Notes: a model not told the origin generated them from the letters alone. A stretch of DNA of 64,000 bases from Gemmatimonadales bacterium (GCA_041615815.1 JBFJCP010000020.1:7325-71324), one strand, 5' to 3'; counted from the first letter of the stretch, positions 27,289 to 37,426 are shown. Numbers and translations are program-made.

Positions 27289-28996
27289 GACCAAAGTCGT
27301 CGTCGATCCCATCACGCGCATCGAGGGCCACCTTCGGATCGAGGTGCAGGCGGAGAACGGCCGGATCGCGGACGCCTGGGCGTCATCCACGCAGTTTCGG
27401 GGCATCGAGATCATCATGCAGGGAAGGGATCCACGGGACGCGTGGGCGTTCACGCAGCGCATTTGCGGGGTGTGCACGGTCGTCCACGCCGTCGCCTCGT
27501 GTCGCGCCGTCGAGGATGCCTTGGACATTCGCATTCCCACGAATGCCAACCTCATCCGGAATCTCATCCACGGCATGCAGTTCATTCAGGACCACGTGAT
27601 CCACTTCTACCATCTGCATGCCCTCGACTGGGTGGACGTCGTGAGCGCGCTGGACGCGGATCCCAACGGAACCGCCCGAATTGCACGGACGATCTCGCCC
27701 TGGCCCAACAACTCGGGAACGTATTTCAAGGAAGTCCAGGATCGTCTGAAGACATTTGTTGCCAGCGGTCAGTTGGGAATTTTCACCAACGGGTATTGGG
27801 GGCACCCGGCATATCGGTTGCCGGCCGAGGTGAACTTGCTGGCCGTCGCGCACTATCTCGAGGCGCTCGACTGGCAACGCGACGTCATCCGGCTCCACAC
27901 GATCTTCGGTGGGAAGAACCCCCACCCGAATTTCTTGGTCGGCGGGATGGCTTCCGCCATCAATCTGGACGACACCGCCACGATCAACGCCGAGCGTCTG
28001 ACGGACATTCACGACATGATCAAGCGGGCGCGGCGCTTCGTGGAGCAGGTGTACTGGCCGGACCTGCTGGCCATTGCGGGATTCTACAAAGAGTGGGGCG
28101 CCATTGGTGGTGGGGTCGGCAACTACCTCGCCTGCGGTGAGTTTCCCGAAACCGACGTCCGCGATACCGACTCGCTGTACTTCCCGCACGGTGCTGTCAT
28201 CGGAAAGAACTTGAACGAGGTGTTCCCCTTCGACCAAGAGAAGGTCAAGGAGTATGTGACGCACTCGTGGTACGAGTACTCAGGGGGCAACGACGTTGGG
28301 CTCCATCCGTGGGAGGGTGAGACCAAGGCCCGGTATACCGGCCCCCAGCCCCCCTGGCAGTATCTGCAGGATCACGATGAGTACACGTGGATGAAGGCCC
28401 CGCGGTACGAGGAGCGACCCATGGAGGTGGGACCGCTCGCGCGCATGCTCGTCGCCTACGCGTCGGGTCACGATGACGTGCGAGAGCTCGTGGGCGAAGT
28501 TCTCAATCGCCTGAACGTGGGGCCCTCGGCACTGTTCTCCACCCTGGGTCGCACCGCGGCGCGTGGCATCGAGACGGCGCTGCTCGCTCACAAGATGCAG
28601 GCGTGGTACGACGCCCTCGTCGCACGGATCAAGGGCGGAGACGTGGCGACGTTTACGCGGGAACGGTGGGATCCAGAAACCTGGCCGGCACAGGCCCAGG
28701 GTTTTGGATACCTCGACGCCCCGCGGGGGTTCCTGGGCCACTGGGTGCAGATCCAGGACGAGAAGATCGCTCGTTACCAGTGCGTCGTTCCCTCCACGTG
28801 GAACTGCTCACCGCGGGATGCGCAGGGCAAGATGGGACCATACGAGGCATCGCTCGTGGACAACCACCCGCTGGCGGATCCCGAGCGTCCCATCGAGATC
28901 TTGCGCACGATCCACTCATTCGATCCGTGCATGGCGTGCGGGGTGCACGTGCTCGACGCCGAAGGCAATCCCGTCACGGAGGTGAAGGTCCAGTGA
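27281..28996 (+). CDS. hupL: [NiFe] hydrogenase large subunit
   Basis: GTG 27281 lies after GGAAGGAGGTGG and overlaps the small-subunit stop. Motifs read: DPITRIEGHLRIEV, QRICGVCTVVH, C-terminal DPCMACGVH plus a 15-aa extension for proteolytic maturation. Confidence 0.97.
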   Translation: MARTKVVVDPITRIEGHLRIEVQAENGRIADAWASSTQFRGIEIIMQGRDPRDAWAFTQRICGVCTVVHAVASCRAVEDALDIRIPTNANLIRNLIHGMQFIQDHVIHFYHLHALDWVDVVSALDADPNGTARIARTISPWPNNSGTYFKEVQDRLKTFVASGQLGIFTNGYWGHPAYRLPAEVNLLAVAHYLEALDWQRDVIRLHTIFGGKNPHPNFLVGGMASAINLDDTATINAERLTDIHDMIKRARRFVEQVYWPDLLAIAGFYKEWGAIGGGVGNYLACGEFPETDVRDTDSLYFPHGAVIGKNLNEVFPFDQEKVKEYVTHSWYEYSGGNDVGLHPWEGETKARYTGPQPPWQYLQDHDEYTWMKAPRYEERPMEVGPLARMLVAYASGHDDVRELVGEVLNRLNVGPSALFSTLGRTAARGIETALLAHKMQAWYDALVARIKGGDVATFTRERWDPETWPAQAQGFGYLDAPRGFLGHWVQIQDEKIARYQCVVPSTWNCSPRDAQGKMGPYEASLVDNHPLADPERPIEILRTIHSFDPCMACGVHVLDAEGNPVTEVKVQ

Positions 28997-29730
28997 CGAC
29001 GCCAACGCAACCTCGCACCAGAGAGCCCGCGCACGTGACCGATACGGCTCAAGGCACATATCGCTGGGTGTATCTCTGGCATTGGCCAATCCGCGCGATG
29101 CACTGGGCAGCAGCTGGTAGCATCCTCGTACTCGTGGTCACTGGGCTGTATATCGCCAACCCGTATTTCATGACTGGTAACGAGGGAGTACCGCGCTTCG
29201 CAATGGGATGGATGCGGTTTCTCCATTTCGTAGCCGCCGCTGTGCTGGTCGCGACCGGAATCGTCCGCGTGTACTGGCTCTTCGCCGGTAACAAGTTCGA
29301 GCGTTTCGCTGCCCTTTTTCCTGTTCGGACTCGAGACTGGGTGAATCTCGTGAAGACGGTGAAGAAGTACCTGATGATCCGCCCGGCAAAAGGTCCGCAC
29401 TATCTCGGTCACAACCCACTGGCGCAGCTCAGCTACACCGCTGTCTATGCGGTCACGCTGATCCAGGTCGTCACCGGATTCGCCATGTATGGTCTCGCGA
29501 ATCCCGGGGGCTTCTTCAATACGACCTTCGGCTGGGTGATACCGCTGTTGGGCGGCGTGCAGGTGGTCCACTTCGTCCACCATGCGCTGCTGTGGGTGTT
29601 CCTGATCTTCATCCCGATCCATCTGTATCTCGGTGTCCGCTCGGACGTCATGGAACGCGAGGGCATGATGTCCTCGATCTTCAGCGGCGGGCGCTTTGTC
29701 CGGTCGGACGCGGAATACGTCGATGATTAG
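28993..29730 (+). CDS. hupC: Ni/Fe-hydrogenase b-type cytochrome subunit
   Basis: GTG 28993 (GTGA overlap). 245 aa with 4 TM segments. WPIRAMHWAAAGSILVLVVTGLYI and RFLHFVAA match the HyaC/HupC pattern. Confidence 0.9.
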   Translation: MTTPTQPRTREPAHVTDTAQGTYRWVYLWHWPIRAMHWAAAGSILVLVVTGLYIANPYFMTGNEGVPRFAMGWMRFLHFVAAAVLVATGIVRVYWLFAGNKFERFAALFPVRTRDWVNLVKTVKKYLMIRPAKGPHYLGHNPLAQLSYTAVYAVTLIQVVTGFAMYGLANPGGFFNTTFGWVIPLLGGVQVVHFVHHALLWVFLIFIPIHLYLGVRSDVMEREGMMSSIFSGGRFVRSDAEYVDD

Positions 29731-30238
29731 ACCGCGCGGCACACCGGGCGCGCTCGTGATCGGGCTCGGCAACCCTCTGATGGGTGACGATGGCCTTGGG
29801 ATCGCGGCCCTCGAGTTGCTCCGGGCCCGTTGGACGTTCGAGCCCGCGGTGGAGCTGGTGGACGGGGGAACGTGGGGGATGAACCTCCTGCCCCTCATCG
29901 AAACTGCATCCCGGGTCCTATTCCTCGACGCGATCAACCTCTCGGTTGCGCCCGGGCAGTTGCTGATCGTGGAGGGGGATCAGCTCCCGCGTGCACTCGC
30001 CACCAAGCTCTCGCCACATCAGATCGATCTTCGGGAGGTCCTGGCGGTGGCCGAGCTTCGGGGCACGCTCCCCGCCGAATTCGTGGTGCTGGGACTGCAG
30101 CCCGAGACCATCGAGCTGCACGACGGATTGAGCCAGCCGTTACGCGACAATCTCTCCGCCCTGCTCACCGCCACGCGTGCCCGCCTGAGTGGCTGGGGAC
30201 ACACTGCCCATCGGAGGGATGCCTCGGTTTATGCATGA
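29723..30238 (+). CDS. hupD: hydrogenase maturation endopeptidase (HyaD/HupD family)
   Basis: VIGLGNPLMGDDGLGIAA, FLDAI, and SPHQIDL motifs. The start overlaps the end of the cytochrome b gene. Confidence 0.9.
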   Translation: MIRPRGTPGALVIGLGNPLMGDDGLGIAALELLRARWTFEPAVELVDGGTWGMNLLPLIETASRVLFLDAINLSVAPGQLLIVEGDQLPRALATKLSPHQIDLREVLAVAELRGTLPAEFVVLGLQPETIELHDGLSQPLRDNLSALLTATRARLSGWGHTAHRRDASVYA

Positions 30239-30491
30239 AATGAGCATCGCCCTCGAGGTCTGTCGCATGGCAGAACAGCATGTCGGCGCCGACCAAGTTC
30301 CCCACGTTGTGGAGGTCGGCCTCGAAGTGGGTCATGAAGCCAACGTCGAGATCCACGCGCTGCAGTTCTGCCTCGAGGCGGCCCTCCAGACACCGCCCTT
30401 CACAGGGGCGCTTCCCGTGATCACCCAACGGCCCGGTGACGTGCTGCGCCTGGCCTATCTGGAGGTCGATGATGGCGATCCGAACCATTGA
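30231..30491 (+). CDS. hypA: HypA-like nickel metallochaperone lacking the zinc-finger domain
   Basis: Starts MHEMSIALEV (the Ni-binding MHE N-terminus). Only 86 aa, with no CxxC pairs. The C-terminal strand GDVLRLAYLEVDD is retained. Confidence 0.75.
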   Translation: MHEMSIALEVCRMAEQHVGADQVPHVVEVGLEVGHEANVEIHALQFCLEAALQTPPFTGALPVITQRPGDVLRLAYLEVDDGDPNH

Positions 30492-31143
30492 GGTGCGCGA
30501 GCGGGTCATGGCGAAGAACGACGAGCTCGCGGCTGCTGTTCGTGCCCGGCTCGCCAAGCACGGAGTCCTGGCGTTCAATCTCGTATCCTCACCGGGGGCT
30601 GGGAAGACGCTCTTGCTCGAGCGTACACTCGAGCGTCTCGGGACCACGGCGCGCATCGCCGTGATCACCGGCGACGTCCAGACTCACAACGACGCCGATC
30701 GGCTGGCACGGCGTACCGAGCGGCTGGTGCAGGCGGTGGTCACCGGCGGTGCCTGTCACCTCGATGCCCGCCAGGTGCTCACGGCGTTGGACGCTATTGA
30801 TCTCGAGGACACCGATCTCGTGTTCGTCGAAAACGTGGGAAACCTGGTTTGCCCCGCGAGCTGGGACTTGGGGGAAACGGCCAAAGTCGTGATCTTTTCG
30901 GTGACCGAGGGCGAGGACAAGCCACTCAAGTATCCCAAGATGTTCCAGCAGTCCGCGTACGCCCTCCTGAACAAGATCGATCTCCTCCCCCACGTCCCGT
31001 TCGACGTGGATCGTGCTCTGGCATTCGCCCGTGAAATCAACCCCTCACTTCGCTTCTTCCGCACATCGGGATTGACGGGTGAAGGCATTGATGCATGGTG
31101 CGCGTTCCTCTCGAATCAGACTAGGCCCATGGTGGCATCATGA
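30472..31143 (+). CDS. hypB: hydrogenase nickel-incorporation GTPase HypB
   Basis: P-loop SSPGAGKT, metal site GGACHLDA, ENVGNLVCPA, NKIDL. GGAGG lies 6 nt upstream of ATG 30472. Overlaps the hypA 3' end by 20 nt. Confidence 0.93.
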   Translation: MAIRTIEVRERVMAKNDELAAAVRARLAKHGVLAFNLVSSPGAGKTLLLERTLERLGTTARIAVITGDVQTHNDADRLARRTERLVQAVVTGGACHLDARQVLTALDAIDLEDTDLVFVENVGNLVCPASWDLGETAKVVIFSVTEGEDKPLKYPKMFQQSAYALLNKIDLLPHVPFDVDRALAFAREINPSLRFFRTSGLTGEGIDAWCAFLSNQTRPMVAS

Positions 31144-33470
31144 CGACGTTCGCCAACCTCGATGAGATCATGATCATGGGCGCGGATTGCGCGGCGCTTC
31201 GCGTGCATGTCCGTGGCGTCGTGCAAGGCGTCGGGTTTCGCCCATACGTTCACCGATTGGCCAATCGACACGCGGTGGGGGGATGGGTCAGAAACGAATC
31301 GGGCGAAGTGCAGCTTGCCATTCAGGGCGCGCCGGAGGCGTTGCTCGCATTCCTCCTCGATCTCCCCGCCGAGGCACCGCCGTTGGCGCGGATCGATTCC
31401 ATGGAGATCGAGACTGATAGCGTCACCGATACGGCATCGTTCAGCATCCTGACGTCGGCCGAGCGACCGGATGCGCGTCAGCCGGTCTCTCCGGACGTCG
31501 CCATGTGCCCAGCGTGCGAGAAGGAGTTGTCCGACCCGGAGGATCGCCGCTACCGCTACCCATTCATCACCTGTACCGATTGCGGGCCGCGCTATACCGT
31601 CATCGAGAGCATGCCATACGACCGGGTGCGCACGAGCATGCGGGCATTTCCGCAGTGCGACGCGTGCGCGCGCGAGTACCACGACCCCGACGACCGCCGT
31701 TATCACTCGGAAACCAATAGCTGTTGGGCTTGTGGCCCCCGGGTGCACCTCGTCACTGCGGGCTCGCACGAGCCCGTGGCGTGCGATGGCGGGGCACTCG
31801 AGTCCGCGGCACGTCTCCTCCGACTCGGTCTCATCGTCGCCATACGTGGTCTCGGCGGTTTCCATCTCGCGGTGGACGCCACGAGCGAGGCCGCGGTGGC
31901 TCGCTTGCGCCACCGCAAGCGCCGGGACGCGAAACCACTGGCCGTGATGGTGCGCACCGTGAGCGACGCACGCGCCATCGCCAAGGTGGGTCCGGCGGAG
32001 GCCTCGCTCCTCACGTCCCGGGAGCGCCCCATCGTCCTCCTCCCCCGCAAGCAGGGGAGCGGTCTCGCCCCCGCGGTGGCGCCGGGCCTGAGTGCCGTCG
32101 GCGTGATGACTGCGTACACCCCTTTGCACCATCGACTCGCTGAGCTCGTTGACCGGCCCCTCGTCATGACCAGCGGCAATCTCTGCGAGGAACCCATTGC
32201 CATCGCGAACGACGATGCGGCGGCGCGGCTCGGGAACGTGGCAGATGCTTTTCTGCTGCACGATCGGGAGATCGTCTCCCGCTATGACGACTCGGTGGTC
32301 CGGGTGGTGGACGACGCACCGGTATTCCTCCGACGGGCCCGAGGATTTGCGCCGTTACCCGTTCCGTTGCCGGTGGCAACACCGCTCCCCCTGATAGCCG
32401 TGGGACCGCACCTCAAGAACACGTTCACGCTGGCACAGGGACGCGACGCTTACGTCAGTCAACATGTCGGGGACCTCGAGAACCTGGAGACACTAGAACA
32501 CTTCCGGGATACACTCGATCGGTATCGACGGCTCTTTCGGATCGATCCCCGCGTCGCCGTGCGGGATCTTCATCCGGGATATCTCTCCACGAGCATCGCC
32601 CAGGAGCTAGGGCTCGAGCGAGTCATCGCCGTGCAGCATCACCACGCGCACCTCGCAGCCGTCGCGGCCGAGCACGGCGTGCGCGAATCCGTGGTGGGCG
32701 TGACGTATGACGGCACGGGATACGGGACCGACGGCTGTGTCTGGGGCGGGGAGATCCTCGTCGGGAATCTCGAGTCGTTTCACCGAGCGGCGCATCTTCG
32801 CTACGCCCCCCTGCCGGGTGGGGACGTCGCAGCCCGTCGCCCGTGGCGCGCGGCCCTCGGGTATCTCTCGCTCCAACCCGACGCATGGCCGGCATTTGCC
32901 CGAGCCTTCGACCGGGTGGCGTTGGCCGAGCGGAGCTTGGCACAGCAACAACTCGAGGTCGGGTTGAACACGCCCAAGGCCTCGTCGATGGGCCGCCTCT
33001 TCGATGCGGCCGCTGCCGTCTTGGGCGTACGGTGCGTGAGCCGTTACGAAGGACAAGCGGCTATGGAGCTGGAAGCCCTCGCGGGCGAGCGGGCGGCCAA
33101 GCCGCTCCCCTTCCCCATCGTGCAGCTCGAGGACGGAAGCATCCAACTCGATCCGGTCCCACTGCTGATCGCGCTCGGTGAGCGACGCGCCCGCGGTGAA
33201 GACCTGCATCTGCTGGCAGCACGCTTCCACGAGAGCATTGCGGCAGCAACAGCCGACGTCGTCATGCAGATCGGGTACCCCAAGGGATATCGCAGCGTCG
33301 TCCTCGGCGGGGGCGTATTCCAAAACGCACGGTTGCTACGGTCCACGCGGCGCCGCCTCACCGATCGGGGCTTTCGTACGATGGTCCCCGTCCAGCTCAG
33401 TCCCAATGACGGTGCTATTAGCTATGGACAGGCCGCCGTGGCGGCCGCGCTCTTGGAACGCGAACGATGA
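31140..33470 (+). CDS. hypF: carbamoyltransferase HypF
   Basis: Acylphosphatase-like VRGVVQGVGFRPYV, two Zn-finger pairs (CPACEKEL..CTDCGPRY; CDACAREY..CWACGPR), YrdC-like and Kae1-like regions. 776 aa. Confidence 0.97.
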   Translation: MTTFANLDEIMIMGADCAALRVHVRGVVQGVGFRPYVHRLANRHAVGGWVRNESGEVQLAIQGAPEALLAFLLDLPAEAPPLARIDSMEIETDSVTDTASFSILTSAERPDARQPVSPDVAMCPACEKELSDPEDRRYRYPFITCTDCGPRYTVIESMPYDRVRTSMRAFPQCDACAREYHDPDDRRYHSETNSCWACGPRVHLVTAGSHEPVACDGGALESAARLLRLGLIVAIRGLGGFHLAVDATSEAAVARLRHRKRRDAKPLAVMVRTVSDARAIAKVGPAEASLLTSRERPIVLLPRKQGSGLAPAVAPGLSAVGVMTAYTPLHHRLAELVDRPLVMTSGNLCEEPIAIANDDAAARLGNVADAFLLHDREIVSRYDDSVVRVVDDAPVFLRRARGFAPLPVPLPVATPLPLIAVGPHLKNTFTLAQGRDAYVSQHVGDLENLETLEHFRDTLDRYRRLFRIDPRVAVRDLHPGYLSTSIAQELGLERVIAVQHHHAHLAAVAAEHGVRESVVGVTYDGTGYGTDGCVWGGEILVGNLESFHRAAHLRYAPLPGGDVAARRPWRAALGYLSLQPDAWPAFARAFDRVALAERSLAQQQLEVGLNTPKASSMGRLFDAAAAVLGVRCVSRYEGQAAMELEALAGERAAKPLPFPIVQLEDGSIQLDPVPLLIALGERRARGEDLHLLAARFHESIAAATADVVMQIGYPKGYRSVVLGGGVFQNARLLRSTRRRLTDRGFRTMVPVQLSPNDGAISYGQAAVAAALLERER

Positions 33471-33931
33471 GAGTCCCTTCCTCGCTGCAACACGAGCACG
33501 ACGAGCTCCACACGGAGCTGCACGAACTCACCACGATGCCCGGGAGAATCGGTGAGGTCGCGAAACTGGTAGTGCGAATCCTCCAGCCGCACTTCGTGCG
33601 CGAGAACGATTACGCCACACCACCCCTCGGCCTCCTCGAGCGGCTCGCCAACGGCCGCTTTTCCCCCACGATGCGCGAGGTCCTCCCGCTGGTCGACCGA
33701 CTGCGGGCCGAGCTTCCGCTCATGCACGACGAGCATCGAGCACTCACCGGTGCGCTGGAAGCCCTCGCCGAAGCTGCGCGAGACACGAATCAACCGAGGA
33801 TCGCGGAGTTCGCCGAACGCCTGATGCTCCATGCACGGATGGAGGAGGAAATCCTCTATCCGGCCGCGATCCTGGTGGGCGAGTATGTCCGGCTTCGCCT
33901 CGACGAGAAAGGTCCTGAGCCATGTGCCTAG
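33467..33931 (+). CDS. hemerythrin-like (HHE cation-binding) domain protein embedded in the hyp operon
   Basis: 154 aa. His/Glu patterns LQHEHDELHTELHEL, LQPHFVRENDY, MHDEHRAL, LMLHARMEEEILYPA. 4-nt overlap with hypF and 10-nt overlap with hypC. Confidence 0.75.
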   Translation: MRVPSSLQHEHDELHTELHELTTMPGRIGEVAKLVVRILQPHFVRENDYATPPLGLLERLANGRFSPTMREVLPLVDRLRAELPLMHDEHRALTGALEALAEAARDTNQPRIAEFAERLMLHARMEEEILYPAAILVGEYVRLRLDEKGPEPCA

Positions 33932-34221
33932 GTATTCCGGGACGCATCGTGGAGATCCAAGAGCGGGACGGTTTGGCCACGGGCCTGGTGGACTTTGGTG
34001 GCGTGCGCCGCGAGGTGTGCCTCGCCTACGTCGCTGACGACGTCGAGGTAGGGGACTACGCGATAGTCCATGTAGGCTTTGCGATCTCCCTCGTGGACGA
34101 GGACGAAGCCCGGCGCACGTTCGAGATCCTCCAGGAAATGAGCCAGCTCGACGAGCTCGAGTGGATGCGCGAGATCGCTGAGCGAAGCCTCTCGGCCAGG
34201 CAGCCAGAGGTTACCCCATGA
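33922..34221 (+). CDS. hypC: hydrogenase assembly chaperone HypC/HupF
   Basis: Starts [12 protein letters not shown] (essential Cys2), then [12 protein letters not shown]. Confidence 0.92.
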   Translation: MCLGIPGRIVEIQERDGLATGLVDFGGVRREVCLAYVADDVEVGDYAIVHVGFAISLVDEDEARRTFEILQEMSQLDELEWMREIAERSLSARQPEVTP

Positions 34222-35333
34222 AGTATCTCAGCGAGTATCGTGATCCGGCGTTGGCTCGGACGCTCATCGAGCGCATCCGACACACGGCTACCCGGCGTTG
34301 GGTTTTGATGGAGGTGTGTGGTGGCCAGACACACACGATCGTGAAGCAGGGCATCAACCAGCTCCTCACGGAGCAGGTGGAGATGGTGCATGGTCCAGGA
34401 TGTCCGGTGTGTGTGACACCCCTGGAGCAGATCGACCGGGCGCTGCACTTGGCAAAGGACGCGCGCGTCATTTTCACGTCGTTCGGTGATATGCTCCGGG
34501 TCCCGGGGAGTGAATGCGACCTGTTTCAGATTCGTGCGCGCGGGGGGGACGTCCGGGTCGTGTACTCACCGCTCGATGCCCTGGCGCTCGCTCGGCACCA
34601 TCCGGATCGCGACGGCGTGTTCTTCGCGGTGGGGTTCGAGACGACGGCTCCGGCCAACGCCATGGCCGTGTGGCAGGCGCACGTCCAAGGCGTCGAGAAC
34701 TTCAGCATGTTGGTATCACACGTGACCGTGCCGCCTGCCATGGTCGCCATCCTCGAATCGCCGGACAACCGCGTGCAGGGATTCCTCGCGGCCGGACACG
34801 TCTGCACCGTGATGGGGTGGACGGAATACGAGCCGCTCGCGAAGCGCTACGAGGTGCCCATCGTCGTCACCGGATTCGAGCCGCTGGATATCCTGGAGGG
34901 CATCTACATGGCCGTGTGTCAGCTCGAGGACGGACGGCACGAGGTGGAGAATCAGTACGTGCGCTCCGTCCGACGCGATGGGAATCAGCCGGCTCAAGAA
35001 CTCGTGACCCGCGTCTTCGAGCTCGTCGACCGGCCGTGGCGCGGCATTGGCGTCATACCGGGGAGCGGCTTGCGCCTGCGGCCCGAGTTCTCGGCCTTCG
35101 ACGCCGAGCGGAAGTTCGGCCTCGCGGGGATTCGCGCTGAAGAACCGTCAGCGTGTCGCGCCGGGGATGTCCTGCGCGGGAAGCTCAAACCCTTCGAGTG
35201 CGCCGCGTTCGGCACGGCCTGCACGCCCGAACATCCGCTCGGGGCACCCATGGTCTCGTCCGAGGGCGCGTGCGCCGCGTACTACAACTACGGCCGGATG
35301 CAGAGCGTGGTCTCCGAGGAGGTGAGCCCATGA
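34218..35333 (+). CDS. hypD: hydrogenase maturation protein HypD
   Basis: [35 protein letters not shown]. 371 aa. Confidence 0.97.
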   Translation: MKYLSEYRDPALARTLIERIRHTATRRWVLMEVCGGQTHTIVKQGINQLLTEQVEMVHGPGCPVCVTPLEQIDRALHLAKDARVIFTSFGDMLRVPGSECDLFQIRARGGDVRVVYSPLDALALARHHPDRDGVFFAVGFETTAPANAMAVWQAHVQGVENFSMLVSHVTVPPAMVAILESPDNRVQGFLAAGHVCTVMGWTEYEPLAKRYEVPIVVTGFEPLDILEGIYMAVCQLEDGRHEVENQYVRSVRRDGNQPAQELVTRVFELVDRPWRGIGVIPGSGLRLRPEFSAFDAERKFGLAGIRAEEPSACRAGDVLRGKLKPFECAAFGTACTPEHPLGAPMVSSEGACAAYYNYGRMQSVVSEEVSP

Positions 35334-36391
35334 CCAGTGCAACGATTGCTGGCGGGCCGGTCTGCCCCACCCCAGTGACCGAGACGGAGCGCGTGCTCCT
35401 GGGTCACGGGTCCGGCGGGAAGATGAGTGCCCGCCTGGTGCGGGACCGGTTTCTCTCCCGCTTCGCCAGCCCCACGCTGGAGTTGTTGGGTGACGGCGCC
35501 GTCGTGCGCCTCGGGGATGCCGAGCTGGTCGTCTCGACCGACACGTTCGTGGTGAGCCCTCTCGAGTTTCCGGGCGGGAACATTGGTTCGCTCGCCGTCC
35601 ACGGGACCGTCAACGACGTCGCCATGATGGGCGCCGAGCCCAAGTATCTCTCTGCCGGGTTCGTGCTGGAGGAAGGTCTGCTTCTGGATCTCCTCGATCG
35701 GATCGTCCACACGATGGCCAATGCCGCCGTCGCCGCCGGGGTGACCCTGGTGGCCGGAGATACCAAGGTCGTGGAGCGAGGAAAAGCCGACGGCATGTAC
35801 ATCAATACCACGGGATTGGGCGCCGTGCGATCAGATTTTCGACCCGTCCCGACTGCGGCACGACCAGGGGACGCCGTCTTGGTGAGCGGCCCTCTCGGAC
35901 GGCATGGCATCGCGGTCATGGCCGCCCGCAACGGCATCGCCTTCGAAACGACCATCGAGAGCGACTCGGCCGCCCTGAGCCCGCTCGTCGCGGCGCTCCA
36001 CCAAAGTGTTGGGGCCGCCGTGCACGTCTTGCGCGATCCCACCCGCGGTGGGCTGGCGAGTGCCCTCAATGAGATCGCGGCCGCGGCGGGGGTGGGCATC
36101 GAGCTCGATGAAACCAGCGTCCCCGTGCCCGGCCCCGTCGAGGCGGTGTGCGAGATGCTCGGGTTCGATCCGCTCTACGTCGCCAACGAGGGGGTGCTGG
36201 TCGCTCTGGTGGAGGCCGAAGCGGCACCGCGGGCGTTGCGTGCTCTCCGCGCTCACCCGTTGGGCGCTGACGCAGCACAGATCGGGAAGGTGATCGATCG
36301 TCACCCCGGTATCGTTGCCATGAAGACCGCCATCGGGGGCTCCCGAGTCGTCGATATGCTGCCCGGCGACCAACTACCACGCATCTGCTGA
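35330..36391 (+). CDS. hypE: hydrogenase maturation carbamoyl dehydratase HypE
   Basis: ATG 35330 (ATGA overlap with hypD). [13 protein letters not shown]-synthase-like body, C-terminal PRIC. Confidence 0.97.
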   Translation: MTSATIAGGPVCPTPVTETERVLLGHGSGGKMSARLVRDRFLSRFASPTLELLGDGAVVRLGDAELVVSTDTFVVSPLEFPGGNIGSLAVHGTVNDVAMMGAEPKYLSAGFVLEEGLLLDLLDRIVHTMANAAVAAGVTLVAGDTKVVERGKADGMYINTTGLGAVRSDFRPVPTAARPGDAVLVSGPLGRHGIAVMAARNGIAFETTIESDSAALSPLVAALHQSVGAAVHVLRDPTRGGLASALNEIAAAAGVGIELDETSVPVPGPVEAVCEMLGFDPLYVANEGVLVALVEAEAAPRALRALRAHPLGADAAQIGKVIDRHPGIVAMKTAIGGSRVVDMLPGDQLPRIC

Positions 36392-36563
36392 GCCGGGCCC
36401 GCGGAGCTGCCATTTACCGCGGAGCAGTTCGTCGAAGGCTACTGAGCTTACCATCTCGGGGGCGACATCCGGGGGTACCGGTGTCGCAGGCAGGGACCGT
36501 CTGACCGCTTCGCTGCGCCAGGGGATCTGGCGACTCGCCGATCCCAAGATCTCCCTCGCATCC

Positions 36564-37406
36564 ATGGCTTCCATCTTCCTCGGCGTGTGCGCCGCCTGGC
36601 GAGACGGACCGGTCTCCTTGCTGTGGGTGAGCGTCACGGTCCTCGGGATCTTTGCGATCGAGGTCGCGAAGAACGCCTCTGGGGAAGTATTCGACTTCGA
36701 ATCCGGGGCCGACCTCGGTATCGAGGAAGCCGACCGCAGTCCATTCTCTGGTGGAAAGCGCGTGCTGGTGGATGGGCTCCTCACGAAGCCACAAACGTGG
36801 GGAGTGGCCCTGACCGGTTACGCTGTCGGCCTAGGAGCAGGGATCGTCATTGTGCTCCTCCGAGAGCCTAGCGTGCTCTGGTTGGGCATGGCAGGCGTTG
36901 CCGTGGCATTCTTCTATCACGCACCGCCGCTCAAGCTCTCGTACCGGGGGCTCGGGGAGATAGGGGTGGGTCTCGCATACGGCCCTTTCATCTGCGGAGG
37001 TACCTATCTCGTGCAGCGTGGCAGCCTGCCACTAGAGATCGTGCTGCTCTCGATCCCCCTAGGCTTGCTCATCTCCGCATTCCTCTGGATCAACGAATTC
37101 CCGGACTGCACCGCGGACCAGGCGGCGGGAAAACGGAATCTGGTCGTGCGACTGGGACGCCGGCGTGCGAGCCGTTGGTTTGCGGGGATCTTGATCGCAG
37201 CGTTCGGGTTGCTCGCGGCGGCGGTGGCGTTCGGCCTCCCGCCGTGGGTATTGCTCGGTGGCATGGCCTTGGTCCCCGCAATCCAGGCCGCGTGGATCGT
37301 CCTCCGGCATCCAGAGACGACGTCCGCCATCATCCCGGCGCAAGCGGCCACCTTGCTCGCCTTTCTCTTGATGGCGTTCGGGTCTGGCGTGGGGGTCCTG
37401 CTCTAA
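36564..37406 (+). CDS. UbiA/MenA-family polyprenyltransferase (N-terminus probably extends upstream, see findings)
   Basis: Polytopic. Second Asp motif context WINEFPDCTADQAAGKRNLVVRLG resembles MenA, and the first motif is divergent (KNASGEVFDFESGAD). The conserved WRLADPKISLAS lies in frame upstream of the first ATG. Confidence 0.8.
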   Translation: MASIFLGVCAAWRDGPVSLLWVSVTVLGIFAIEVAKNASGEVFDFESGADLGIEEADRSPFSGGKRVLVDGLLTKPQTWGVALTGYAVGLGAGIVIVLLREPSVLWLGMAGVAVAFFYHAPPLKLSYRGLGEIGVGLAYGPFICGGTYLVQRGSLPLEIVLLSIPLGLLISAFLWINEFPDCTADQAAGKRNLVVRLGRRRASRWFAGILIAAFGLLAAAVAFGLPPWVLLGGMALVPAIQAAWIVLRHPETTSAIIPAQAATLLAFLLMAFGSGVGVLL

Positions 37407-37426
37407 TCGATGAGGCGTGCCGATTG

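Noticed and set aside
28900-28996. [NiFeSe] hydrogenase
   Set aside because: The C-terminal motif is DPCMACGVH with an ordinary Cys codon. There is no in-frame TGA.
28774-29937. 387-aa minus-strand ORF
   Set aside because: It is antisense to the 3' end of the hydrogenase large subunit, the cytochrome b gene and the protease gene.
31116-32261. 381-aa minus-strand ORF
   Set aside because: It is antisense to hypF, which has unmistakable acylphosphatase and Zn-finger motifs.
36374-36794. Two overlapping minus-strand ORFs (136 and 126 aa) between hypE and the prenyltransferase
   Set aside because: They are antisense to the conserved N-terminal region of the UbiA/MenA-like gene and have no motifs or SD.
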